Position numbers and translations under genes: made by a program. 36,222 bases of DNA from Acidimicrobiales bacterium (GTDB taxonomy: Bacteria > Actinomycetota > Acidimicrobiia > Acidimicrobiales > JAKAVM01), in NCBI GenBank assembly GCA_027451785.1, contig DAIDIS010000038.1:1-36222 (forward strand), read 5' to 3'. Shown here piece by piece: positions 15,522 through 23,010 of this stretch (position 1 is its first letter; each line of letters starts with the position of its first letter). The notes beneath the pieces are model-generated. The model saw nothing but the letters and a program-made list of their open reading frames with translations, did not search any database and was not told the origin of the DNA.

Positions 15522-16657
15522 CGATCTCTCCTGGCCATAAAGCCGGCAATCTCCCCCAGGGCCGCTCGACCCCTCGGGGTGCAATCCGTCCTCTTCAAAT
15601 CAGACAAGGCCAAATTCATATACTCGTCGGCCAGTCGATAAGCCTGTTCCTTCGCTCCGGCATCTTCGATCACACGGGCAGCTTCGCTCGCGGCCTTCGG
15701 GCCTATTGACGGCAATCCGTAGATAGAGCGCAATTTGTCTTTTGAATCTCCGGCGCCGGAAAGGACCAATGCCACGGGAAGGGAGAGCTTCCGGGAGAAA
15801 ATATCCGAATATAAAGGCTTACCGGTTACTTCGGGATCGCCCCAAATTCCCAGAACGTCGTCAATCGCCTGGAAAGCAACCCCGGCGTTCGTCCCAAAAC
15901 TCCGCAGGGCTTCACATTCGCCTTCCTCAAGCCCGGAGAGCAAAGCAGGAAGAACCGCCGCGCAACCGAAGAGCGCTCCCGTCTTTGCAGCCGCCATTTC
16001 CAGGTATGCGCTGACGTAGCCGTCGATTCCCTTGCTCGCCCAGCTGACCAATTCCGTTCCCCCGGAAAGCGATCTCAGTGCTCTCGGCGGAATCGAGTGT
16101 TGCTCGAGTGCAATGTCCTGAGCCTGGCCGGCTACCATACGGCCAACCGCACTGGTCAACTCTCCAATTGCACGTAGGCCGTAAGCTGAGTCGACCTTAG
16201 CCAACACTTCGGTTGCCAGCGATGCTAAGGCATCTCCTGCGAGAATCGCCCTTGCGGAACCGAAAACGCGCCATACAGTCGGCCTACCGTGCCGGAGATC
16301 ATCCCTGTCGATGACATCGTCATGGATCAGGGAGTAGTTGTGAACCAGCTCGATGGCTACTGACGCAGCGAGAAAGCCTGTGCAGGACATCTCGGAATTT
16401 GCGGATCGTCTTGGGGAATCCCCGGAAATCATCCCTGCCGCGGCAAGAGCAATGGTGGGCCTGAGTAGCTTACCGCCTCGCTCGGTGACAGCATTACCAT
16501 TCTTGTCAATCCATCCAAAATGGTAACCGGCAACCGTAGAGATATGAGGGCAAAGACTGAAAACTGCGCTTCTAAGTGGCGGTATTACTACCCTGGCAGT
16601 TTCTTCAAGTAAATCGGAGGCCTCGCCAGTGAAAGGGCCTGCCTCAATCGCTGTCAA
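15518..16657 (-). CDS. polyprenyl synthetase family protein (hopanoid-cluster type)
   Basis: The first Asp-rich motif is LIHDDVIDRDDLRHGRPT. The second is FQAIDDVLGIWGDPEVTGKP. TTG start at 16657. Confidence 0.9.
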   Translation of the reverse strand: MTAIEAGPFTGEASDLLEETARVVIPPLRSAVFSLCPHISTVAGYHFGWIDKNGNAVTERGGKLLRPTIALAAAGMISGDSPRRSANSEMSCTGFLAASVAIELVHNYSLIHDDVIDRDDLRHGRPTVWRVFGSARAILAGDALASLATEVLAKVDSAYGLRAIGELTSAVGRMVAGQAQDIALEQHSIPPRALRSLSGGTELVSWASKGIDGYVSAYLEMAAAKTGALFGCAAVLPALLSGLEEGECEALRSFGTNAGVAFQAIDDVLGIWGDPEVTGKPLYSDIFSRKLSLPVALVLSGAGDSKDKLRSIYGLPSIGPKAASEAARVIEDAGAKEQAYRLADEYMNLALSDLKRTDCTPRGRAALGEIAGFMARRDR

Positions 16658-16915
16658 TTTTCACCATTCAGCTGCCTCCCGCTGGAACAACCACGTCCCA
16701 GGCTGCGTCTCCGTCCTGTCTGAGCTACCCAAATCGCAGAAGCTGAAACCAATAGTGATGTCGCCACGGACAATGAGATACTTGGTAACGAGCTTGTATC
16801 GTCCCGTGGAGATGGGCCATGATTTACCCATATCGTTAGCCTTATCCGGCTACTCTGATGCTCCAAATGTCAGAATTGTGCTTATCGCTACATCCGCGAA
16901 TCTAGGAGAACGACA

Positions 16916-18016
16916 ATCTTCGACAGGGCTGTAATTCTCTCCGGTTCGATCGGTAATGGCCATGGTGCCTCTGCTGAAGCATGTCGGGAGGTCCTTTCGG
17001 CCACCGGTACAGTGGTCGAAATTGTCGACTGCATGAAACTGCTCGGAAGGCTCAACGGCCGAATTGGTACGAGGGCATTCAAGTCGTTGATGGCATTACC
17101 GCCTCTGTACGACGCTCTACATTTCTCTCACATTCGCCAAGGCACGCGACTCGCAAGGACCATGGAGGGCCAGGGGGCTTCCCGCATCGCCAAGAACCTC
17201 GCAAACCACCTGAATGACCGGACTTCCGGTCATTCAACTCTCCTTTTGAGTGTCTTCCCGTTGGGTGCGCAGGTGGTAAGCCGCTTGAATCGAAACTTAC
17301 CTGGTTCAAAGGCGATCTCGATTTGTACCGACTGGTCCTCACACTCCATGTGGGTTGCCCCAGGTATAGACCTTTACTTGGTGAACTCTGTCCTGGCGGA
17401 GTCAACGACGCTTCGCTTCGCCCCGGACGCCAAGATTCTGCGGGTGCCAATCCCTATCAGACGGCAATTTTTCAATCCCCCCTCCCGCCACGAATCCCGG
17501 CATGCTCTCGGCATTCCCGAGGATGCAAATCATGTTTTGTTGGCAACGGGCGCGTGGGCGTCGGCGAAATCCGTCCACATAGCTGAGCACCTTGCCCAAG
17601 AGGGATTCGTGGTTTCTGTCCTTACAGGGATGAACCGATCTTTGTTGGTTGCATTGGAAAAGCTTTCGGCGAACTTGAAAATGTCGTCTGGCGAGATTCG
17701 ACCGTATCCCTTTATCGACAACGTCGAGGTTCAACTGGCTTCTTGCGACTTGGTCATCACTACTCCCGGAATCGTCTCTTCCGAGGCGAGGGCTGTGGGT
17801 CGTAGGCAACTGATCCTGGACATAGTTCCCGGTCATGGAAGAGAGAATGTGATTGCCGAACTCCTCCAAGGCGGTACCCTCGTCAGCGGTCCGGATCCTC
17901 AATCGGCAACGGCTCTGACGAAACGGATAATTCAGTCCATGGCCGAGCCGCAACCGTGCAAAGCCCACGATTGGGAAGTCGGGTTCTTGAACGCCATCGA
18001 GAGCGTTCAGCAGTAG
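16916..18016 (+). CDS. GT28 / MGDG-synthase (UgtP)-like glycosyltransferase, probable non-canonical start
   Basis: The ORF-track start is the GTG at 17012. However, the same frame is open from 16859 and encodes RAVILSGSIGNGHGASAEA, the conserved N-terminal GNGH motif of this family. No ATG, GTG or TTG occurs in that stretch. An ATC at 16916 lies 7 nt after an AGGAG. The stop at 18016 is firm. Confidence 0.7.
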   Translation: MFDRAVILSGSIGNGHGASAEACREVLSATGTVVEIVDCMKLLGRLNGRIGTRAFKSLMALPPLYDALHFSHIRQGTRLARTMEGQGASRIAKNLANHLNDRTSGHSTLLLSVFPLGAQVVSRLNRNLPGSKAISICTDWSSHSMWVAPGIDLYLVNSVLAESTTLRFAPDAKILRVPIPIRRQFFNPPSRHESRHALGIPEDANHVLLATGAWASAKSVHIAEHLAQEGFVVSVLTGMNRSLLVALEKLSANLKMSSGEIRPYPFIDNVEVQLASCDLVITTPGIVSSEARAVGRRQLILDIVPGHGRENVIAELLQGGTLVSGPDPQSATALTKRIIQSMAEPQPCKAHDWEVGFLNAIESVQQ

Positions 18017-18033
18017 ACAGCGGAAGCAACCGG

Positions 18034-18921
18034 CTAGGAGGCTTGAGCTTGTTGTCGGCCATGCTTACTTTCCGGCCGTTGACCGATGGTCATGGCAATT
18101 ACGCAAACTACGATGCCCGCCAGAAGCACTCCGGAAACCGGTGCGTCACCCATGCCGAGCGCACCCAAGCTCTTCGGCTTACCGAACCAATCAGCGAACG
18201 AAGCCCCCAGCGGGCGGGTAATTACATACGCTGCCCAGAAGGCCAGTACCGGATTCAGCCCGCCTTTCCAATATCCCGCGGCCGGAATGGCTATGGCCCC
18301 GACAAAAAATATCCCCGAGACCAGGTACCCCAAACCCAGGGTGGCCGCAGTCAAGTCTCCGGTTGCGGTCCCAAGAGCGAAAGTGGAAATCACGCTGGCC
18401 CAATAGAAAAGCTCCCTCCTCCTGTTATGTATCGAATGGATTGAGAGTGTGCCTTCCGACTTGTGCCATGCGATAAATACAACCGCCAAAGTTACGGCAA
18501 AAGCACCAGAGGACACCGCATATGGAATCTTCAGCTGTATGTGGATTGCGTCGGCGACCATCGTCCCGAATATCCCGACCATTACAACGCCGCTCCAATA
18601 AGCCCAGGGGACGAACCGATCCAGCGAAAGCTGAACAAGCAACGCCCCCGAGAAGGCAACTGCACCAATTGCGACGGCTATATATGGGTCCAATGCGTGC
18701 ACCATATAGTCGGAGGCCGACTCACCTGCGGCTGTCGTCAGTATCTTTGCTATCCAAAACATTGCCGTGACTTCAGGTACCTTTACTCCCACCTGTTTTG
18801 ATAGAAAGTTCTTTTTGGAGAGCCTTACGCCAGAAACGTTGGAACCGGTTTCACTCCCAAGGGATACTCCAAGGCCACTCGCTTGAATAGACTTATCGTG
18901 CGCAGCTTCCTCACGAGACAT
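18034..18921 (-). CDS. integral membrane protein (COG4705-like, function unknown)
   Basis: Eight or so hydrophobic helices with repeated halves (KILTTAAGESASDY / ALGTATGDLTA). ATG at 18921; the longer ORF starts at a TTG at 18939. Confidence 0.55.
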   Translation of the reverse strand: MSREEAAHDKSIQASGLGVSLGSETGSNVSGVRLSKKNFLSKQVGVKVPEVTAMFWIAKILTTAAGESASDYMVHALDPYIAVAIGAVAFSGALLVQLSLDRFVPWAYWSGVVMVGIFGTMVADAIHIQLKIPYAVSSGAFAVTLAVVFIAWHKSEGTLSIHSIHNRRRELFYWASVISTFALGTATGDLTAATLGLGYLVSGIFFVGAIAIPAAGYWKGGLNPVLAFWAAYVITRPLGASFADWFGKPKSLGALGMGDAPVSGVLLAGIVVCVIAMTIGQRPESKHGRQQAQAS

Positions 18922-19064
18922 GAACGCAATGTATATCAACTGCGGTGCTTCGTTGGAATCACGACAAACCCCTCAAAGCCCACAGAGCAACAAGGAGGAA
19001 TTTCTACAGATCACTTGGTGCTGGGTCGAAGTTACAACTCATTCCCTATTCAACAAGGAGCCAA

Positions 19065-19817
19065 ATGAACGCGGACGTAAAGGGCACCACGCTTCCCGTC
19101 CTGGAAATGCAACTGGACAGCGGCGAGGAGATCATTTCAACCCACGGAGAACTCTCCTGGATGACTGCAAACATAGAGATGTCCCAGACCACCTCTGGGG
19201 GCGGAAAAGGATTCATGGCGGGCCTGAAGCGGATGGCGGGTGGCGGTGGGCTGTTCCTTACGCGCTATAAGTGCGCTTCCGGACGGGGATCCGTCTCGTT
19301 CGCCGCCAAGATGCCCGGGAGAATTTTCCCTTTGGAGATCTCGGCTTCGGGCGGCTACCTGGTCCACCGGCATGGCTGGGTTTGCGGAACCTCCGGAATC
19401 ACCCCGACCGTAGGGCTGCAGCAGAGCTTCAAGGGCGGCCTTTGGGGTGGTGATGGGTTCATACTTCAAAAGCTCGAAGGACAGGGTACCGCCTGGGTCG
19501 AGCTATCCGGTGAGGTCTTCACCTACGAACTGGCCGCTGGCCAAAGCCTCCTCGTTCACCCTGGGCATGTTGGAGTATTCCAAGACTCCGTTTCATTCCA
19601 GATCACTCGGGTACCGGGTATCGCAAATAAGGTCTTCGGAGCGGACGGCTTCCATTTAGTCGCGCTCACGGGTCCAGGCAATGTCTGGCTCCAGAGCATG
19701 CCATTGCCCATTTTGGCCCACTCAATTGAGCCCTACCTGCCACAATCGGCTGGCGACTCAGCCGTCAGCGGCGGGATCGGCGGCCTGATCGGCAGCGCCA
19801 TGAGTAGAAGCGTTTAG
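19065..19817 (+). CDS. AIM24 / TIGR00266 (DUF124) family protein
   Basis: LEMQLDSGEEIISTHGELSWM, GGLFLTRY, GDGFILQKLEGQGTAWVELSGEV, and VALTGPGNVWLQSMP match the family pattern. The ATG at 19065 is preceded by an AAGGAG SD. The longer ORF from 18945 lacks support. Confidence 0.8.
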   Translation: MNADVKGTTLPVLEMQLDSGEEIISTHGELSWMTANIEMSQTTSGGGKGFMAGLKRMAGGGGLFLTRYKCASGRGSVSFAAKMPGRIFPLEISASGGYLVHRHGWVCGTSGITPTVGLQQSFKGGLWGGDGFILQKLEGQGTAWVELSGEVFTYELAAGQSLLVHPGHVGVFQDSVSFQITRVPGIANKVFGADGFHLVALTGPGNVWLQSMPLPILAHSIEPYLPQSAGDSAVSGGIGGLIGSAMSRSV

Positions 19818-19906
19818 CGTTTTCTTATGCGTCTGGCCTAGCCAGCCCATTCAATACTCGACACGCCTAGGCAGCCCAAAAGACAGCCGGATCATCCGCA
19901 ACCTGC

Positions 19907-20710
19907 CTAGGCGGTCCAACTCCTCGGCACCTGGGAGTTCTCGGGACTGGTGGAGACCTTGTGACCACCGACCAGTTCGAAAACCAATGACCCCATGCCC
20001 ACCAGAATCGCCCCTACAAACATTTCCTCCCCAACCCGCACCACGGGATGACCCCCGGCAACTATGTAACTGAGGTTCTGCAATACCGAACCGTGGAGGA
20101 AGCTCTTCAATATCTTGGGCAAGGCCCAGTTGAACCCCAGAATTATCAAGCCAATCAGTACAAGGGACACCGTAACTTTGCGAATGGTGCGAAGCCGAAA
20201 CGGGCTAAGAATCAAGGCGGCGATGCCAAGTGCAATGGCGGCCCACAGTGCTTGACCTGACCATTTTTTGAGTATTTTGGAAGTCTGGGCTAAGGAATGC
20301 TCCCCCGCATTGACTAAAACACCTTGGGTATTGAGCAGAGTCCCGAGAGGCTGGTCCAACTTCGTTAGCTGCCGACTCAGCTCCTTTGACCCCGAAACCG
20401 GCGAGGTGGCAAGCCCCTGGGAAACCCGAGGATCGGACAGAACCTGGTTTATCTCCGACTCCCATTGCGAAACTTGGCCTCCCCCGAGCCCGGCGGCTGT
20501 ACCGGCGGCTGTACCGGCGGCCCCAGTATCCAGACTATGAGTGAGCTGCCCAATTATCTGGCTTGCCGCACTGGTCTTTGCCTGTGCCGACAAGGTGCCT
20601 GCGACTCTGACGGTGAGCAACGACGCCCACCAAGTCCCAACCGACACTAAGACGAGAGCTACGGCAATTCCAGCCAATACTCCACTGATGCCTTGCCTTG
20701 CCATCTTCAC
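19907..20710 (-). CDS. hypothetical membrane protein
   Basis: An N-terminal TM helix, a central soluble segment of about 120 aa, and three C-terminal TM helices. No recognised motif. Confidence 0.5.
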   Translation of the reverse strand: MKMARQGISGVLAGIAVALVLVSVGTWWASLLTVRVAGTLSAQAKTSAASQIIGQLTHSLDTGAAGTAAGTAAGLGGGQVSQWESEINQVLSDPRVSQGLATSPVSGSKELSRQLTKLDQPLGTLLNTQGVLVNAGEHSLAQTSKILKKWSGQALWAAIALGIAALILSPFRLRTIRKVTVSLVLIGLIILGFNWALPKILKSFLHGSVLQNLSYIVAGGHPVVRVGEEMFVGAILVGMGSLVFELVGGHKVSTSPENSQVPRSWTA

Positions 20711-20839
20711 GGTTTAGATTGTCGCGCCGCACCAACGGAATCAAGGGGATATCTTTAGCCCGTTTGAACTGACTCATGCTCAAAACCCCTGCTAAACATT
20801 GGATTTCAATCGCCGGTGTTACCCAAGGTATTTACCCCA

Positions 20840-20868
20840 TTGACCAGTAAGGAATATGCTGGTAGATT
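20840..20868 (+). promoter_or_regulatory. candidate sigma-70-type promoter for the lipase gene
   Basis: TTGACC (20840-20845), a 17-nt spacer, then TAGATT (20863-20868). This would give a 5' UTR of about 110 nt. Confidence 0.4.
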
Positions 20869-20986
20869 GCATATTCAACGGGCTGGGTAGGCCGAAGTCT
20901 CAAGGGGGGCATCTCATCCGAGTCATCCCTCTTTTCAAGACATAGCAACTTAATAAATTGCAATTGCCAATTAGAGGAAAGGCTGG

Positions 20987-22828
20987 ATGAGAAACAACCG
21001 TAGGTTCCTGAGCAAAGCAGTACTCTCGGTAACAGCACTTACGACAATAGGTGCCGCGGCACCAGTCGCGAGCGTGATTACCGAAGCACCGGCACATGCC
21101 TCCACGATCACTCCTGTAGTCGGACCTTCGGGATTGGCGTTTTACACTCCCCCTTCGACACTTCCAACCGGTAACCCCGGATCTCTGATCCAGTACGCAC
21201 CGATAACGTTGAATTTGGGATCAACGGCGCCCGCAAACTCGGCAAACGTCATCATGTACCTCTCCACCGACCAGTCGGGCAACCCCGACGTAGTTACAGG
21301 AACCGTCATCCTTCCGACGGCACCTTGGACCGGGTCCGGCCCTCGTCCAGTCGTCGACTATGCATTCGGAACTCAAGGAATGGCTCAGAATTGCGCTCCC
21401 TCCATGCAGATGGTGGCAGGAACCGAATATGACGCAGCCGGTGTAATCGGCGCCCTCCAGAAGGGCTATGCAGTTGTAGCAACGGATTACGTCGGCTACA
21501 CAACAGGTGGCTCTCCCACCTACATCATTGGCCAGTCGGAAGGTCACGCGGTTCTGGACGCTGTGCGTGCAGCAGTGCAAATTCCGAATGTCGGGATCAC
21601 ACTTTCGAACCCGGTCATAACCTGGGGCTTTTCCCAAGGAGGCGGAGCGAGCACATGGGCTGCCGTTCTTCAGCCGACCTATGCACCTGACGTAAACCTC
21701 GTTGGAGCGGCTGCCGGTGGAGTTCCGGCAAACTTGGGCGCTGTCGCTTCCTTCTCAAGCGGAAGCGTTGACTCAGCCTTTGTCATGTACGCGCTGATGG
21801 GATTCGTGGGGGCATACCCGAGCGTCATCAGCGAGTCCGGTCTCTTCAACGCCCAAGGCCTTGCAATGGTCAAGCAATTGTCCACAGACGGCATCTGTAC
21901 GATCAACGTTCTGTCCGCCCCCTTCACCAACGTCAATGTGAACAACATGATCAACATTCCGCTCAGCACGCTCACCAGCACGGCCGTTGCGGAACAGAGC
22001 AACCTCGGCTCCACACCGGTGAAGGTTCCCTACTTCCAATACACGGGTTCGCAGGACCAGATGGTACCGGTCACTCAACAGTTCGCCCTGAAGCAGCAGT
22101 TCTGCTCGGAGGGGGTCACTGACGATTACCACCTTTACGACTCTGACCACCTGTTGACCGACCTTGCCGCGACAACTGACGTATTGAACTGGATGCAGAC
22201 GATCCTTTCGGGTGGTCCCGCTCCGAGCACGTGCAACCTGACATCGCCCTTGCCATCTTCAGCAAGAACCACCCCGATGGACGGCGACTTGCTCGTGCCG
22301 CTAAACAACTGGCAGCTAAAGGGCGGCTTCACGATCGCCAAGAGGAATACTCCAATCACATTCCCTGCGTCATCCTCGCTGACCGGTTCTGCAGACCTGA
22401 CGAGCCAGCAGTTCACCGGAACTGCGACAATCCCGCCGATTACCCAAACCGTGAAGCTGTTCGGGCTGCCGTTTACCATAGGTCTCAAGATCACTCCGAA
22501 TCCGCTGACCGGAACGGTAAGCCTTTCGCCGAACAGCACACTCGCCATGAACATCAACACAACGGCCACCACCGAGTTGACTTCGCTGGCCATTGGGCCG
22601 TTCAAGTTCCCGCTATCCTGCTCGACCACTCAACCGGTTTCGCTTAACTTCTCGGTAAATGAGCCTGCAGAGAGCTTGGCAGACAGCATCTTCAGCGGCA
22701 GTGGCACAACCACACTTCCGCCGTTCGGTGGTTGCGGTTTTCTCGGGTCGTTTATCAACTCCCTGTTTACCGGACCGAACAATCCGTTCACCATCACCGT
22801 TCAGCCGCCACCCGCTGTGGCCTACTAA
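20987..22828 (+). CDS. secreted LIP-family (secretory lipase) alpha/beta hydrolase with an unassigned C-terminal domain
   Basis: Signal peptide MRNNRRFLSKAVLSVTALTTIGAAAPVASVITEAPAHA. GYAVVATDYVGY and the nucleophile elbow GFSQGG are present. A Thr/Ser/Pro-rich C-terminal region of about 200 aa follows. Confidence 0.8.
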   Translation: MRNNRRFLSKAVLSVTALTTIGAAAPVASVITEAPAHASTITPVVGPSGLAFYTPPSTLPTGNPGSLIQYAPITLNLGSTAPANSANVIMYLSTDQSGNPDVVTGTVILPTAPWTGSGPRPVVDYAFGTQGMAQNCAPSMQMVAGTEYDAAGVIGALQKGYAVVATDYVGYTTGGSPTYIIGQSEGHAVLDAVRAAVQIPNVGITLSNPVITWGFSQGGGASTWAAVLQPTYAPDVNLVGAAAGGVPANLGAVASFSSGSVDSAFVMYALMGFVGAYPSVISESGLFNAQGLAMVKQLSTDGICTINVLSAPFTNVNVNNMINIPLSTLTSTAVAEQSNLGSTPVKVPYFQYTGSQDQMVPVTQQFALKQQFCSEGVTDDYHLYDSDHLLTDLAATTDVLNWMQTILSGGPAPSTCNLTSPLPSSARTTPMDGDLLVPLNNWQLKGGFTIAKRNTPITFPASSSLTGSADLTSQQFTGTATIPPITQTVKLFGLPFTIGLKITPNPLTGTVSLSPNSTLAMNINTTATTELTSLAIGPFKFPLSCSTTQPVSLNFSVNEPAESLADSIFSGSGTTTLPPFGGCGFLGSFINSLFTGPNNPFTITVQPPPAVAY

Positions 22829-22840
22829 ATAAGCCGAATT

Positions 22841-22869
22841 CGAGCCTCCAGTGAACTTCTGGGGGCTCG
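22841..22869 (+). terminator. stem-loop downstream of the lipase gene
   Basis: An 11-bp stem CGAGCCTCCAG / CTGGGGGCTCG (one G-U pair) with a 7-nt loop. No clean U-tract follows. Confidence 0.45.
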
Positions 22870-23010
22870 AAGAATTACGGCATGAACCTCAATCCACCCC
22901 CGGCCTGTTGCTTTTTTGCGCTGCAGCTGTCCGGGGGTGAGGCGCATCTAGGCGACCAATGAGGACGCTGTTTATCCGGCGGAGCAGTCAATTTCAATTG
23001 ACCGAATGGC

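Noticed and set aside
16629-16934. Plus-strand 101-aa ORF ending in VRIVLIATSANLGE, considered as a frameshifted N-terminus of the glycosyltransferase
   Set aside because: The family-specific GNGH motif is already in frame with the main ORF, so no frameshift is needed. The 101-aa ORF overlaps the polyprenyl synthetase start in antisense and otherwise has no support.
16853-16963. 37-codon minus-strand ORF (MAITDRTGENYSPVEDCRSPRFADVAISTILTFGASE)
   Set aside because: It lies antisense to the segment that encodes the conserved GNGH N-terminus of the GT28 glycosyltransferase. The plus-strand reading has clear family support, so this is a shadow ORF.
22896-22939. Second long-loop inverted repeat (CACCCCCGG ... 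CCGGGGGTG) after the lipase gene, considered as a MITE or structured RNA
   Set aside because: It has only 9-bp arms with a 26-nt loop containing a T-run. This is most simply the terminator of the convergent PfkB kinase gene. There are no flanking target-site duplications and no additional copies in the window.
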